Source: a virus (taxonomy: Duplodnaviria; Heunggongvirae; Uroviricota; Caudoviricetes). Taken from it: 64,000 bases of DNA. A model generated the notes under the pieces. The model was not told where the DNA came from and made no database searches. It saw only the letters and a list, made by a program, of their open reading frames with translations. The stretch lies in the IMG/VR virus record IMGVR_UViG_2721755721_000001, one strand, 5' to 3'. Each line of letters opens with the position of its first letter. Positions within the stretch are counted from its first letter, which is position 1. The position numbers and the translations under genes were made by a program. Of the stretch, positions 49,020-60,911 are shown in pieces.

Positions 49020-52000
49020 ATGGCGACGTTACGTGAACTGATTATCAAAATTTCGGCAAATTCACAGTCATTCCAGTCGGAGATCCAGCGGGCTTCCCGT
49101 ATGGGCAGTGAATATTACCGGACCCTGCAGAATGGCGGGCGTCAGGCCGCTGCGGCAGCCCGGGAGCAGCGACGTGCCCTGGCAGAACTGAACAGCCAGT
49201 TGACGGAAATCCGCGCTTCGGCTGTCGGAATGGCTGGCGCATTTGCCGGTGCCTTTGCCACCGGACACCTGATTTCACTGGCTGATGAGTGGAGTTCCGT
49301 GAATGCCCGTCTGAAACAGGCATCACAGTCATCCGATGAATTTTCGTCATCACAGAAAGTGCTGATGGATATCAGTCAGCGGACAGGTACCGCTTTTTCG
49401 GATAATGCGGCCCTGTTTGCCCGTTCGGCTGCCTCGATGCGTGAATATGGTTACAGTGCCGGTGATGTACTGAAGGTGACGGAGGCCATTTCCACGGGGC
49501 TGAAAATCTCCGGTGCCAGTACGGCTGAGGCGGGTTCGGTGATCACCCAGTTCAGCCAGGCGCTGGCACAGGGTGTGTTGCGCGGTGAGGAATTTAATTC
49601 GGTCAATGAAAGTGGTGACCGGATCATTCGTGCACTGGCTGCAGGCATGGGCGTGGCCCGTAAAGATCTGAAGGCGATGGCGGACGATGGTCAACTGACG
49701 GCGGATAAAGTCGTGCCCGCGTTAATCAGCCAGCTGGGGACATTGCGTGATGAATATGCCGCCATGCCAGAAACGGTCTCTGACGGGATCACAAAGGTGG
49801 AAAACGCCTTTATGGCCTGGGTGGGCGGTGCGAATGAGGCCAGCGGAGCGACGAAAACGCTCTCCGGCGTGCTGAACGGTGTTGCCGGTAATATTGATAA
49901 TGTGGCAACAGCCGCGGGGGCGCTGGTTGCCGTCGGGGTTGCCCGGTACTTTGGCAATATGGCCTCCGGAGCGATGTCTGCCACGGCAGGACTTGTGACG
50001 GCTGCACGTAATGAAGTTGCACTGGCGGAAGCACAGTTCAGGGGAACGCAGATTGCCACGGCGCGGGCAAGGGCAGCCGTGTACCGTGCTCAGCAGGCCG
50101 TGGCGGCAGCCCGCGGGACGGAGATGCAGATTGCTGCAGAGGCCCGTCTGGTGGCCACACAGGAACGCCTGAACAGAAATATTGCTGCCAGAAGCGCCGC
50201 CCAGAATGCGCTGAACAGTACAACGGCGGTGGGCTCACGTCTGATGAGCGGTGCGCTGGGGCTGGTTGGTGGCGTACCCGGACTGGTGATGCTGGGGGCT
50301 GCAGCATGGTACACGCTGTACCAGAATCAGGAGCAGGCCAGGGAGTCTGCGCGCCAGTATGCACTGACGATAGATGAAATCGCGCATAAAACGCCGTCAA
50401 TGTCTTTGCCTGAAGCCTCAGATAATGAAGGACGAACACGGGCGGCTCTGGCAGAGCAGAACCGGCTGATTGATGAACAGGCCAGCCGGGTGAAATCCCT
50501 GCAGGAAAAAATCGCTGGATATCAGTATGTTCTGGCTAACCCTGGCTGGACAACCGGTGACGGATTCATGATAAACCATCTGACCTCGGTGAAGACCGTA
50601 ACGGAAGGGCTTTCTCAGGCAACAGAGCAGCTTGCCGTTGAGCAGTCCCGTCTGGCACAGATGCAGGAAAAAGCGCAGTCCATTCAGGATGTGCTTGCCG
50701 GGCTGGAAGACCGTCGTGTGGCGTTAATTCGTCAGCAGGCGGCAGAGCAGAATAAGGTGTACCAGTCCATGCTGGTTATGAACGGTCAGTATACGGAATT
50801 CAACCGTCTGCTGGGGCTGGGGAATGAACTGCTTCAGCAGCGGCAGGGACTGGTGAATGTGCCGTTACGGCTGCCACAGGCCACTCTGGATGATAAACAG
50901 CAGAGTGCCCTGACAAAAACAGAGCGTGAGCTGGCCCTGTCCAGACTGAAAGGGGAAGAAAAAGAGCGCGTCCGGCTGGGGTATGCGGCGGATGACCTCG
51001 GTTTTGTGGGTGAACCGTATCAGGAGGCGAGACAACGTTATATCAGTAATGCCCTGGAAGCCTGGCGCAATAACGAGGCGAATAAACCCAAATCCCGGGG
51101 TGGAAAATCAGAGACGGAAAAAGCGGAAGACAGTTTTTCCCGGCTGCTGAAGCAGCAGAAAGAGCAACTGGCACTTGCGGGGCAGAATACAGAGCTGGCG
51201 AAGCTGAAATACCAGACTGCGCAGGGCGAACTGAAAACCCTGACGGAGATGCAGAAGCAGGAACTGCTGCGCAATGCGGCCCTGATTGACCAGCAAAAAA
51301 TCCGGGAACAGTTGCGGTCCCGGGAAGAGACCCTGAAGAATGATAATGTGGCTGCGCGTGCATCAAATGAAGCGGAACTGCTGGGGTACGGGCAGGGAGA
51401 GCGGCTCCGTGAACGCATGCGGGAGTTGCAGCAGATCCGCGACAGTTTCCGCCAGAAGGATGCGGACCTTCAGTCTCAGTATCAGACCGGGGATATCAGT
51501 GAGGATTTTTACAGACAGGCGCTGGCACAGAACGCGCAGTATCTGAGTGAACGTCTGAAAGAGCAGGAAGCCTTTTATGCCGAATCGGATGTGCAGCGTG
51601 CGGACTGGCAGAAAGGGCTGCAGGAGGGATTCAGTAACTGGGTGGATAATGCGTCCGATTACGCCTCACAGGCAGCACAGCTTGCGACGGAGGGTATCTC
51701 AGGGATGGTGAATAACATCACGGAGATGCTGAACGGAAATAAAGTGGAATGGCGCAGCTGGGCCTCATCAGTGCTGCAGGAAATATCAAAAGTTCTTATG
51801 AATGCCGCGATTGTCAACGGAATTAAGACGGCGGCAAACGGTATGTCCGGTGCGGGAGGATTTCTCGGCAGCATTGGTGACTGGCTGGGCGGGGCGGTGG
51901 CCAATGCAAAAGGCGGCGTGTATACCTCGGCAAACCTGAGTGCGTACAGCAACAGTATTGTGGATACGCCCACGTACTTTGCCTTTGCAAAAGGGGCGGG

Positions 52001-52262
52001 ACTGATGGGGGAGGCCGGACCTGAAGCCATTATGCCTCTGACGCGGGCGGCGGATGGCTCGCTGGGTGTGCGAGCGGTGGGCAGTATGTACGGCAGTGCG
52101 GGTCTGGTGTATTCCCCGGTCTACCATATCGCCATTCAGAATGACGGGACTAATGGCCAGATAGGGCCGGAGGCGGCAGGCAGCCTTGTGCAACTGATTG
52201 ACCAGCGGGTGCAGGCGGTGATGCTGTCCATGCGACGTGACGGAGGAATGCTGAGTGGCTGA
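49020..52262 (+). CDS. tail tape measure protein (1080 aa)
   Basis: Long Ala/Gln-rich coiled-coil protein. Confidence 0.9.
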   Translation: MATLRELIIKISANSQSFQSEIQRASRMGSEYYRTLQNGGRQAAAAAREQRRALAELNSQLTEIRASAVGMAGAFAGAFATGHLISLADEWSSVNARLKQASQSSDEFSSSQKVLMDISQRTGTAFSDNAALFARSAASMREYGYSAGDVLKVTEAISTGLKISGASTAEAGSVITQFSQALAQGVLRGEEFNSVNESGDRIIRALAAGMGVARKDLKAMADDGQLTADKVVPALISQLGTLRDEYAAMPETVSDGITKVENAFMAWVGGANEASGATKTLSGVLNGVAGNIDNVATAAGALVAVGVARYFGNMASGAMSATAGLVTAARNEVALAEAQFRGTQIATARARAAVYRAQQAVAAARGTEMQIAAEARLVATQERLNRNIAARSAAQNALNSTTAVGSRLMSGALGLVGGVPGLVMLGAAAWYTLYQNQEQARESARQYALTIDEIAHKTPSMSLPEASDNEGRTRAALAEQNRLIDEQASRVKSLQEKIAGYQYVLANPGWTTGDGFMINHLTSVKTVTEGLSQATEQLAVEQSRLAQMQEKAQSIQDVLAGLEDRRVALIRQQAAEQNKVYQSMLVMNGQYTEFNRLLGLGNELLQQRQGLVNVPLRLPQATLDDKQQSALTKTERELALSRLKGEEKERVRLGYAADDLGFVGEPYQEARQRYISNALEAWRNNEANKPKSRGGKSETEKAEDSFSRLLKQQKEQLALAGQNTELAKLKYQTAQGELKTLTEMQKQELLRNAALIDQQKIREQLRSREETLKNDNVAARASNEAELLGYGQGERLRERMRELQQIRDSFRQKDADLQSQYQTGDISEDFYRQALAQNAQYLSERLKEQEAFYAESDVQRADWQKGLQEGFSNWVDNASDYASQAAQLATEGISGMVNNITEMLNGNKVEWRSWASSVLQEISKVLMNAAIVNGIKTAANGMSGAGGFLGSIGDWLGGAVANAKGGVYTSANLSAYSNSIVDTPTYFAFAKGAGLMGEAGPEAIMPLTRAADGSLGVRAVGSMYGSAGLVYSPVYHIAIQNDGTNGQIGPEAAGSLVQLIDQRVQAVMLSMRRDGGMLSG

Positions 52263-52596
52263 GATAAAAACGCTGCATCTGGTCCCGCGTGAAGGGATGC
52301 AGGTGAGTGAGAAGCCGTCGGTGGTGAGGGTGCGGTTTGGTGACGGTTATGAACAGCGCCGCCCCACAGGGCTGAATCCTCAACTGAAGACGTTTCAGGC
52401 GGTGTTCCGGGTGACGGATGAGTCAACCCGGCGCTGGCTGGAAGAGTTTTTATCGTGGCATGGTGGTTACCGTGCCTTTTTGTGGCGACCGCCGAAACAT
52501 AACCGGACGGTGAGGGTTGTGTGCCGTGAGTGGAGTGTCACGGATAATGCCCGGTACAGTGATTTCAGTTGCACGATAGAGCAGGTGGTGAACTGA
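52255..52596 (+). CDS. M: minor tail protein M
   Basis: VRFGDGYEQRRPTGLNPQLKTF... resembles lambda M. Confidence 0.85.
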   Translation: MAEIKTLHLVPREGMQVSEKPSVVRVRFGDGYEQRRPTGLNPQLKTFQAVFRVTDESTRRWLEEFLSWHGGYRAFLWRPPKHNRTVRVVCREWSVTDNARYSDFSCTIEQVVN

Positions 52597-53294
52597 TGCA
52601 GGATATTCACGAAGAAAGCCTGAACGAGTCGGTTAAATCAGAGCAGTCACCGCGGGTGGTACTCTGGGAAATCGACCTGACGGTACAGGGCGGTGAGCGG
52701 TATTTTTTCTGCAATGAGCTGAATGAAAAAGGGGAGCCGGTGACCTGGCAGGGGCGGAAGTACCAGGCATACCCGATTGACGGCAGTGGCTTTGAGATGA
52801 ACGGGAAGGGCAGCAGTGCCCGCCCGTCGCTGACGGTGTCGAATCTGTTTGGTCTGGTCACCGGGATGGCGGAGGACCTGCAGAGCCTGGTGGGGGCCAC
52901 GGTGGTCCGCCGCCGGGTGTATGCCCGTTTTCTGGATGCGGTGAATTTTGTGGCAGGCAATCCGGAAGCGGACCCGGAGCAGGAGCTGAGCGACCGCTGG
53001 GTGGTGGAGCAGATGTCATCGCTGACGGCCATGACGGCCTCGTTTGTGCTGGCGACACCGACGGAGACGGACGGGGCGCTGTTTCCCGGTCGCATCATGC
53101 TGGCGAATACCTGTATGTGGACCTACCGCTCTGATGAGTGTGGTTACACGGGCGGGGCTGTGGCGGATGGGTTCGATAAACCCACCACCGATATCCGTAA
53201 GGACAGATGCAGCAAGTGCATGCGCGGGTGTGAGATGCGCGGCATGGTGGCTAATTTTGGCGGTTTCCTTTCCATTAATAAACTTTCGCAGTAA
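52596..53294 (+). CDS. L: minor tail protein L
   Basis: MQDIHEESLNES...VVLWEIDLT...; ATGA overlap with M. Confidence 0.85.
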   Translation: MQDIHEESLNESVKSEQSPRVVLWEIDLTVQGGERYFFCNELNEKGEPVTWQGRKYQAYPIDGSGFEMNGKGSSARPSLTVSNLFGLVTGMAEDLQSLVGATVVRRRVYARFLDAVNFVAGNPEADPEQELSDRWVVEQMSSLTAMTASFVLATPTETDGALFPGRIMLANTCMWTYRSDECGYTGGAVADGFDKPTTDIRKDRCSKCMRGCEMRGMVANFGGFLSINKLSQ

Positions 53295-53304
53295 ATCCCG
53301 GTTT

Positions 53305-54048
53305 ATGACACAGACTGAATCAGCGATTCTGGCGCATGCCCGGCGGTGTGCGCCTGCGGAGTCGTGCGGCTTCGTGATAAGCACGCCGGAGGGGGAGCGG
53401 TATATCCCTTGTGTGAATATTTCCGCAGAGCCGGAGGCGTATTTTCGTATCGCACCGGAAGACTGGCTGCGGGCAGAGATGCAGGGGGAGATTGTGGCAC
53501 TGGTCCACAGTCATCCCGGTGGGCTGCCCTGGCTGAGCGAGGCTGACCGGCGGCTGCAGATAAAAAGTGCACTGTCCTGGTGGCTGGTCTGCCGGGGGGA
53601 AATTCACAAATTCCGCTGCGTGCCGCACCTGACCGGGCGTCGTTTTGAGCACGGGGTGACGGACTGTTACACCCTGTTCCGGGATGCCTACCATCTGGCG
53701 GGGATAACGCTGCCGGATTTTGTGCGTGAGGATGACTGGTGGCGCAACGGTCAGAACCTTTACCTGGACAATATGGCGGTCACCGGCTTTTACCGGGTGC
53801 CCCTGTCCTCTGCACAGGCGGGCGATATCCTGCTGTGCTGCTTTGGCGCATCGGTGGCCAATCATGCCGCCATTTACTGCGGCAACGGTGAACTGCTTCA
53901 CCATCTGCCTGAACAACTGAGTAAACGGGAGAGGTATTCCGAAAAATGGCAACGACGAACGCATTCTGTCTGGCGTCACCGCCACTGGCACGCATCTGCC
54001 TTCACGGGGATTTACAACGATTTGGCCGCCGCCTCAGCCTGTACGTGA
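53305..54048 (+). CDS. K: tail tip assembly protein K (JAB/MPN + NlpC/P60-like)
   Basis: MTQTESAILAHARRCAPAESCGFV...HSHPGG; 3' end overlaps I by about 100 bp, so the true end is uncertain. Confidence 0.75.
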   Translation: MTQTESAILAHARRCAPAESCGFVISTPEGERYIPCVNISAEPEAYFRIAPEDWLRAEMQGEIVALVHSHPGGLPWLSEADRRLQIKSALSWWLVCRGEIHKFRCVPHLTGRRFEHGVTDCYTLFRDAYHLAGITLPDFVREDDWWRNGQNLYLDNMAVTGFYRVPLSSAQAGDILLCCFGASVANHAAIYCGNGELLHHLPEQLSKRERYSEKWQRRTHSVWRHRHWHASAFTGIYNDLAAASACT

Positions 54049-54626
54049 ACACGGCAGCGGAAGCCATCCGGGCGCTGTCGTTACAGGTGCCGGGATTCCG
54101 CCGTCAGATGAACGAAGGCTGGTACCAGATACGTATTCGCGGTGAGGACACGGCACCGGAGGCGGTGTACGCCCGTCTTCACGAACCTCTGGGTGAGGGG
54201 GCGGTCATCCATATTGTGCCGCGACTGGCCGGAGCCGGAAAGGGCGGACTGCGGATTGTGCTGGGGGCGGCAGCCATCGTGGGCTCTTTCTTCACTGCCG
54301 GAGGCTCGATGGCGTTATGGGGTACAGCCCTGAGTGCCGGTGGTTTTTCTGCCACCACGATGCTGTTTTCACTGGGTGCCAGCATGATTCTGGGTGGTGT
54401 GGCCCAGATGCTGGCACCGAAGGCAAAAACACCGGATTACCGCGCAACGGATAACGGTAAACAGAACACGTATTTTTCGTCACTGGACAATATGATTGCC
54501 CAGGGTAACCCGATGCCGGTGCCTTACGGGGAAATGCTGGTTGGTTCACGACGGATATCCCAGGACATCAGCACCCGTGATGAAGGCGGGGGCGGAAAGG
54601 TCGTGGTTATCGGGCGGCAGGGGTAA
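53946..54626 (+). CDS. I: tail tip assembly protein I
   Basis: ...ARICLHGDLQRFGRR... resembles lambda I. Confidence 0.8.
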   Translation: MATTNAFCLASPPLARICLHGDLQRFGRRLSLYVNTAAEAIRALSLQVPGFRRQMNEGWYQIRIRGEDTAPEAVYARLHEPLGEGAVIHIVPRLAGAGKGGLRIVLGAAAIVGSFFTAGGSMALWGTALSAGGFSATTMLFSLGASMILGGVAQMLAPKAKTPDYRATDNGKQNTYFSSLDNMIAQGNPMPVPYGEMLVGSRRISQDISTRDEGGGGKVVVIGRQG

Positions 54627-54861
54627 AAAGAATAAAAAAATCCCGCAGAGTTGCGGAACTGAGGGAGCGTTACGAAGATTAAGTGTAAGGAATTATTCTT
54701 ATGTCACGACAAAAAACATTAACGCAGAGAAATTATTAGCACCACAGTCAGTTTGTAAAAATGTGAAGATATTCAGAAGTTTTATTCAGTGATGATACAG
54801 GCATCCTCAGGGATGCCTGTTGTTTTTGTGCGTAACAGTTATCACAGTAAAGGGTGAGACA

Positions 54862-56754
54862 ATGGGCAAAGGTGGCGGCAAGGCGCACACACCGCGCGAG
54901 GCGAAGGACAATCTCAAATCCACGCAGATGATGAGTGTGATTGATGCGATTGGTGAGGGACCGATAGAAGGCCCGGTGAAAGGCCTGCAGAGTATTCTGG
55001 TGAACAAAACCCCGCTGACGGACACGGACGGTAATCCCGTGATACACGGTGTGACGGCGGTCTGGCGCGCCGGGGAGCAGGAGCAGACACCACCGGAAGG
55101 CTTTGAGTCCTCCGGAGCTGAAACCGGACTGGGCGTGGAAGTGACGAAGGCAAAACCGGTGACGCGCACCATTACGTCTGCGAACATTGACCGCCTGCGG
55201 GTTACCTTCGGGGTGCAGTCACTGGTGCAGACCACGTCAAAGGGCGACCGTAATCCTTCCTCTGTCCGGATTCTGATTCAGTTACAGCGTAATGGCCGCT
55301 GGGTGACGGAAAAGGACGTCACCATTAACGGCAAGACCACCTCACAGTTCCTGGCCTCGGTGATTCTGGAGAATCTGCCTCCCCGGCCCTTTAACATCCG
55401 GATGGTCAGGGAGACGGCGGACAGCACCACGGACCAGCTGCAGAATAAGACGCTCTGGTCGTCATACACCGAAATCATCGATGTGAAACAGTGCTACCCG
55501 AACACGGCCATTGTGGGGCTGCAGGTGGATGCGGAGCAGTTCGGCGGCCAGCAGATGACGGTGAACTACCATATCCGCGGTCGCATCATTCAGGTACCGT
55601 CAAACTATGACCCGGAAAAACGCACGTACAGCGGCATCTGGGACGGCAGCCTGAAACCGGCATACAGCAACAACCCGGCCTGGTGCCTGTGGGACATGCT
55701 GACTCACCCGCGCTACGGCATGGGAAAACGCCTGGGGGCCGCGGATGTGGACAAGTGGGCGCTGTATGCCATCGGGCAGTACTGTGACCAGCGTGTCCCG
55801 GACGGCTTCGGAGGGACAGAGCCGCGGATGACCTTTAATGCGTACCTGTCACAACAGCGTAAGGCGTGGGACGTTCTCAGTGATTTCTGCTCGGCGATGC
55901 GCTGTATGCCGGTATGGAACGGCCAGACGCTGACGTTCGTTCAGGACCGCCCGTCGGATGTGGTGTGGCCGTACACCAACAGCGATGTGGTGGTGGATGA
56001 TAACGGCGTGGGGTTCCGCTACAGCTTCAGCGCCCTGAAGGACCGCCACACGGCGGTGGAGGTGAATTACACCGACCCGCAGAACGGCTGGCAGACCTCC
56101 ACGGAACTGGTGGAAGACCCGGAAGCCATACTGCGCTACGGGCGCAACCTGCTGAAGATGGATGCGTTCGGTTGCACCAGTCGCGGTCAGGCCCACCGTG
56201 CCGGGCTGTGGGTGATAAAGACCGGACTGCTGGAAACGCAGACGGTGGATTTCACGCTCGGGTCACAGGGGCTGCGTCACACACCCGGTGACATTATTGA
56301 AATCTGTGATAACGACTATGCCGGGACCATGACCGGCGGACGTATCCTGTCCATCGATGCCGCCAGCCGCACCCTGACACTGGACCGTGAGGTGACCCTG
56401 CCGGAGACCGGTGCCGCCACGGTGAACCTGATTAACGGCAGCGGTAAGCCGGTGAGTGTGGACATCACCGCACACCCCGCGCCGGACCGGATACAGGTCA
56501 GCACCCTGCCTGATGGTGTGGAGACATACGGTGTATGGGGACTATCCCTGCCGTCACTGCGCCGTCGCCTGTTCCGCTGTGTCTCCGTCCGGGAAAACAC
56601 GGACGGCACCTTTGCCATCACGGCGGTGCAGCACGTACCGGAAAAAGAAGCCATCGTGGATAACGGTGCCCGCTTTGAGCCGCAGTCAGGCACCCTGAAC
56701 AGCGTCATCCCTCCGGCAGGTGCAGCACCTGACGGTGGAGGTGAGCGCAGCTGA
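54862..56754 (+). CDS. J: host specificity protein J, N-terminal part (frameshifted)
   Basis: [22 protein letters not shown]... resembles lambda J; frame ends shortly after ...SVIPPA. Confidence 0.8.
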   Translation: MGKGGGKAHTPREAKDNLKSTQMMSVIDAIGEGPIEGPVKGLQSILVNKTPLTDTDGNPVIHGVTAVWRAGEQEQTPPEGFESSGAETGLGVEVTKAKPVTRTITSANIDRLRVTFGVQSLVQTTSKGDRNPSSVRILIQLQRNGRWVTEKDVTINGKTTSQFLASVILENLPPRPFNIRMVRETADSTTDQLQNKTLWSSYTEIIDVKQCYPNTAIVGLQVDAEQFGGQQMTVNYHIRGRIIQVPSNYDPEKRTYSGIWDGSLKPAYSNNPAWCLWDMLTHPRYGMGKRLGAADVDKWALYAIGQYCDQRVPDGFGGTEPRMTFNAYLSQQRKAWDVLSDFCSAMRCMPVWNGQTLTFVQDRPSDVVWPYTNSDVVVDDNGVGFRYSFSALKDRHTAVEVNYTDPQNGWQTSTELVEDPEAILRYGRNLLKMDAFGCTSRGQAHRAGLWVIKTGLLETQTVDFTLGSQGLRHTPGDIIEICDNDYAGTMTGGRILSIDAASRTLTLDREVTLPETGAATVNLINGSGKPVSVDITAHPAPDRIQVSTLPDGVETYGVWGLSLPSLRRRLFRCVSVRENTDGTFAITAVQHVPEKEAIVDNGARFEPQSGTLNSVIPPAGAAPDGGGERS

Positions 56755-58336
56755 CGGCCAGTATCTGGCGCAGGTGAAATGGGACACGCCGCGGGTGGTG
56801 AAGGGCGTGCGCTTCAGTCTGCGCCTGACCAGTGGAAGCGGTCAGGACAGCCGTCTGGTGACCACCGCCATCACCGCGGATACAGAGCACCGTTTCAGCG
56901 GTCTGCCGCCGGGGGAATACACCCTGACGGTCAGGGCGATTAACAGTTATGGCCAGCAGGGGGAACCGGCCACCACCACGTTCAGGATTAATGCACCTGC
57001 GGTACCCGCCACGATTGAGCTGACACCGGGCTATTTTCAGATAACAGCGGTCCCGCGTCTTGCGGTGTATGACCCGACGGTACAGTTTGAGTTCTGGTTT
57101 TCGGAGACAAAAATCGCAGATACATCTCAGGTGGAAACCTCTGCCCGTTATCTGGGGACCGGCAGTCAGTGGAGTGTATCCGGCCCGCACATTAAGCCCG
57201 GGAAGGATTTCTGGTTTTACGTGCGCAGCGTCAACCTGGTGGGGAAATCTGCTTTTGTGGAAGCCAGTGGCCGGGCCAGCAATGATGCAGAAGGGTATCT
57301 GGGGCTGTTTCGGGAAAAAATAGGAAAACTGCATCTGGCTCAGGGGCTGTGGGAGCTGATAGACAACAGCCAGCTTGCGGATGAGATGGCGGAGATGAAG
57401 ACCACCATCACAGAAACCCGCAATGAAATCACGCAGACGGTCAGTAAAACCCTGGAAGACCAGAGTGCCACCATACAGCAGATACAGCGGGTGCAGACAG
57501 ACACAAATAACGACCTGGCTGCGCTGTATATGCTGAAGGTGCAGAAAACGAAAAACGGCATTCCGTATGTTGCCGGTATAGGTGCGGGGATTGAGGATGC
57601 TGATGGCCAGCCCCTGAGCAATATTCTGCTGCAGGCAGACCGTATCGCGATGATTAACCCGGAGGACGGCAACAGCACGCCGTTATTTGTGGCGCAGGGG
57701 AATCAGTTGTTCATGAACGATGTGTTCCTGAAGCGGCTGTTTGCGGTGAGTATCACCTCGTCCGGCAATCCCCCGACGTTTTCCCTGACGCCGGAGGGCA
57801 GGCTGACCGCAAGAAATGCTGATATCAGCGGTAACGTGAATGCGAATTCCGGGACGCTCAACAACGTCACGATTAACGAGAACTGTCGGGTTCTGGGAAA
57901 ACTGTCCGCGAACCAGATTGAAGGCGATCTCGTTAAAACAGTGGGCAAAGCTTTCCCCCGGGATTCCCGTGCACCGGAGCGGTGGCCATCAGGGACCATT
58001 ACCGTCAGGGTTTATGACGATCAGCCGTTTGACCGGCAAATTGTTATTCCGGCGGTGGCATTCAGCGGCGCTAAACATGAGAGAGAGCATACTGATATTT
58101 ACTCCTCATGCCGTCTGATAGTGCGGAAAAACGGTGCTGAAATTTATAACCGTACCGCGCTGGATAATACGCTGATTTACAGTGGCGTTATTGATATGCC
58201 TGCCGGTCACGGTCACATGACGCTGGAGTTTTCGGTGTCAGCATGGCTGGTAAATGACTGGTATCCCACAGCAAGTATCAGCGATTTGCTGGTTGTGGTG
58301 ATGAAGAAAGCCACCGCAGGCATCAGTATCAGCTGA
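56720..58336 (+). CDS. J: host specificity protein J, C-terminal part (continues in another frame)
   Basis: [28 protein letters not shown]... continues lambda J homology to a conserved C-terminus. Confidence 0.8.
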   Translation: MQHLTVEVSAADGQYLAQVKWDTPRVVKGVRFSLRLTSGSGQDSRLVTTAITADTEHRFSGLPPGEYTLTVRAINSYGQQGEPATTTFRINAPAVPATIELTPGYFQITAVPRLAVYDPTVQFEFWFSETKIADTSQVETSARYLGTGSQWSVSGPHIKPGKDFWFYVRSVNLVGKSAFVEASGRASNDAEGYLGLFREKIGKLHLAQGLWELIDNSQLADEMAEMKTTITETRNEITQTVSKTLEDQSATIQQIQRVQTDTNNDLAALYMLKVQKTKNGIPYVAGIGAGIEDADGQPLSNILLQADRIAMINPEDGNSTPLFVAQGNQLFMNDVFLKRLFAVSITSSGNPPTFSLTPEGRLTARNADISGNVNANSGTLNNVTINENCRVLGKLSANQIEGDLVKTVGKAFPRDSRAPERWPSGTITVRVYDDQPFDRQIVIPAVAFSGAKHEREHTDIYSSCRLIVRKNGAEIYNRTALDNTLIYSGVIDMPAGHGHMTLEFSVSAWLVNDWYPTASISDLLVVVMKKATAGISIS

Positions 58337-58403
58337 ATTTTATAACCCATATACGGGCGCCAGAAATGGCGCCTTTTTTATTGCAGAAAAGCGAGAGGTA
58401 ATT

Positions 58404-59003
58404 ATGCGTAAACTTTATGCCGCCATTTTGTCCGCAGCCATTTGTCTGGCCGTATCCGGTGCGCCTGCATGGGCGTCTGAACATCAGTCCACGCTGAGCG
58501 CGGGGTATCTTCATGTCTCGACGAACGTTCCTGGCAGCGATAATCTTAACGGGATTAACGTGAAATACCGTTATGAATTCACGGACACGCTGGGGCTGGT
58601 GACGTCATTCAGCTATGCAGGAGACAGGAATCGCCAGCTGACCCGTTACAGCGATACCCGCTGGCATGAAGATTCCGTTCGTAACCGCTGGTTCAGCGTG
58701 ATGGCGGGGCCCTCTGTGCGCGTGAATGAATGGTTCAGTGCGTATGCGATGGCGGGCGTGGCTTACAGCCGTGTGTCGACTTTTTCCGGGGATTATCTCC
58801 GCGTAACTGACAACAAGGGGAAAACGCATGATGTGCTGACCGGAAGTGATGACGGTCGCCACAGCAACACGTCTCTGGCGTGGGGAGCTGGCGTGCAGTT
58901 TAACCCGATCGAATCCGTGGCCATTGATATTGCTTATGAAGGCTCCGGCAGTGGCGACTGGCGCACTGACGGGTTCATCGTGGGTGTCGGTTATAAGTTC
59001 TGA
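58404..59003 (+). CDS. lom: Lom/Ail-family outer membrane protein
   Basis: Signal peptide, beta-barrel pattern, C-terminal ...GVGYKF. Confidence 0.85.
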   Translation: MRKLYAAILSAAICLAVSGAPAWASEHQSTLSAGYLHVSTNVPGSDNLNGINVKYRYEFTDTLGLVTSFSYAGDRNRQLTRYSDTRWHEDSVRNRWFSVMAGPSVRVNEWFSAYAMAGVAYSRVSTFSGDYLRVTDNKGKTHDVLTGSDDGRHSNTSLAWGAGVQFNPIESVAIDIAYEGSGSGDWRTDGFIVGVGYKF

Positions 59004-59061
59004 TTAGCCAGGTAACACAGTGTTATGACAGCCCGCCGGTTCAGGCGGGCTTTTTTGTGGG

Positions 59062-60381
59062 GTGAATATGGCAGTAAAGATTTCAGGTGTACTGAAAGAC
59101 GGCACAGGAAAACCGGTAGAGAACTGCACCATTCAACTGAAAGCCAGACGGACCAGCAGCACGGTGGTGGTGAACACGGTGGCCTCTGAAAATCCGGATG
59201 AAGCCGGTCGTTACAGCATGGACGTTGAGTACGGTCAGTACAGCGTCATTCTGTTGGTGGAGGGCTTCCCGCCGTCACATGCCGGGACCATCACCGTGTA
59301 TGAAGATTCTCAACCCGGTACGCTGAATGATTTTCTCGGTGCCATGTCGGAGGATGACGTCCGGCCGGAGGCACTGCGCCGTTTTGAACTGATGGTGGAA
59401 GAGGTGGCGCGTCACGCCGGGGAGGCGAAGAAGAATGCCGGAGAAGCAGAGACGTCCGCGAGGAATGCCGGCATATCAGCCAGTAAGGCAGAAGAGAGCG
59501 CTGCACATGCTGACACTTCAGCAGGGGATGCATCGGAGTCAGCCCGGCAGGCGGCAGAAAGTGCAGCCGCTGCAAAGAAGTCAGAGGAAGCGTCCTCGTC
59601 CTCGGCCTCTGAGGCCGCTCAAAAAGCCAGTGAGTCATTACAAAGTGCAGCAGATGCTGAGTTGTCAAAAAAGACGGCAGAAAGTGCAGCCGGTAATGCA
59701 GCCAGGGATGCAACGACCGCAACAGAAAAAGCCCGGGAGTCAGCAGAAAGCGCACAGTCAGCGGAACAAAGCAGGATAGCGGCGGAAGAGGCCGTAAACC
59801 GAATCCCCACCGTGGTGGGACCTCCCGGGCCAAAGGGGGAACCGGGGCCCGTGGGTCCTCAGGGGCCGAAGGGTGATAAGGGAGAGCGCGGTGACACCGG
59901 CCCTGTCGGGGCAACCGGCGAACGGGGACCGGCAGGTGATGCTGGTCCGGCAGGCCCGCAGGGGCCGAAAGGCGACAGGGGAGAGCGGGGAGAGACCGGG
60001 CTGACAGGAAGTACAGGTCCACAGGGGCCAAAGGGAGATACCGGGGCAACAGGCCCGGCAGGCCCACAGGGACCGAAAGGAGAAACAGGTGCGGCTGGCC
60101 CGGTGGGGGCAACCGGACCTCAGGGACCAAAGGGCGACCCGGGGGAGACACAAATCCGTTTTCGTCTGGGGCCGGGAAACATTATTGAGACAAACAGCAA
60201 TGGCTGGTTCCCGGATACAGATGGTGCGCTCATCACCGGACTGACCTTTCTTGACCCCAAAGATGCCACACAGGTTCAGGGGCTGTTTCAGCATTTGCAG
60301 GTCAGATTTGGTGACGGGCCGTGGCAGGATGTTAAGGGGCTGGATGAAGTGGGCAGTGATACAGGCAGAACAGGAGAATGA
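59062..60381 (+). CDS. stf: side tail fiber protein with collagen-like G-X-Y repeats
   Basis: N-terminus [27 protein letters not shown] like lambda Stf; about 35 consecutive G-X-Y triplets. Confidence 0.8.
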   Translation: MNMAVKISGVLKDGTGKPVENCTIQLKARRTSSTVVVNTVASENPDEAGRYSMDVEYGQYSVILLVEGFPPSHAGTITVYEDSQPGTLNDFLGAMSEDDVRPEALRRFELMVEEVARHAGEAKKNAGEAETSARNAGISASKAEESAAHADTSAGDASESARQAAESAAAAKKSEEASSSSASEAAQKASESLQSAADAELSKKTAESAAGNAARDATTATEKARESAESAQSAEQSRIAAEEAVNRIPTVVGPPGPKGEPGPVGPQGPKGDKGERGDTGPVGATGERGPAGDAGPAGPQGPKGDRGERGETGLTGSTGPQGPKGDTGATGPAGPQGPKGETGAAGPVGATGPQGPKGDPGETQIRFRLGPGNIIETNSNGWFPDTDGALITGLTFLDPKDATQVQGLFQHLQVRFGDGPWQDVKGLDEVGSDTGRTGE

Positions 60382-60382
60382 C

Positions 60383-60652
60383 ATGAATATACTAAAAAAA
60401 CTTATGCAGCGTCTGTGTGGTTGCGGAAAGCATGATGACCGTGAACACGGGGAGTTACTTACAGCACAGCTGCGGCTGGGACCGGCAGACATTCTGGAGT
60501 CAGATGAGAATGGCATTATCCCGGAGCAGGCCAGGGTAATCACGCAGGTGGTGATACTGGATGCGGATAAAAAGCAGATACAGTGCGTGGTAAGACCGCT
60601 GCAAATCCTGCGTGCTGACGGGACGTGGGAAAATATTGGCGGAATGAAATAG
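60383..60652 (+). CDS. hypothetical small protein (about 89 aa) after the tail fiber gene
   Basis: CAGGAG Shine-Dalgarno, followed by a strong terminator. Confidence 0.5.
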   Translation: MNILKKLMQRLCGCGKHDDREHGELLTAQLRLGPADILESDENGIIPEQARVITQVVILDADKKQIQCVVRPLQILRADGTWENIGGMK

Positions 60653-60665
60653 CCGACAGCTTCAC

Positions 60666-60693
60666 AAAAACCGGAGTCCGGCTCCGGTTTTTT
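60666..60693 (+). terminator. rho-independent terminator
   Basis: ccggagtccggctccgg hairpin followed by TTTTTT. Confidence 0.7.
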
Positions 60694-60911
60694 GTTGTCA
60701 TGTCAGGTGGATGTTTGTTAGGAATGTTCAGACAGGTTTATTTTGAATTTACACAGAATCCTAAACAGGTTCTAGAATTAAGAAAGAGGTTGTATGTTTA
60801 GCATAAGAACCCTACTACCTATTAGCGCCAGTGTATCAGTTCCGACAAAACAATCTCGTAATGCTGCCAACTTACTGATTTAGTGTATGATGGTGATTTT
60901 AAGGTGCTTGC

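Noticed and set aside
48197-49048. 283-aa minus-strand ORF
   Set aside because: Antisense to the tail chaperone genes in a GC-rich region; no family signal.
59291-60543. Long minus-strand ORFs (286 and 261 aa) antisense to the tail fibre gene
   Set aside because: Proline/arginine-rich low-complexity translations generated by the GC-rich collagen-like G-X-Y repeat; no ribosome-binding site.
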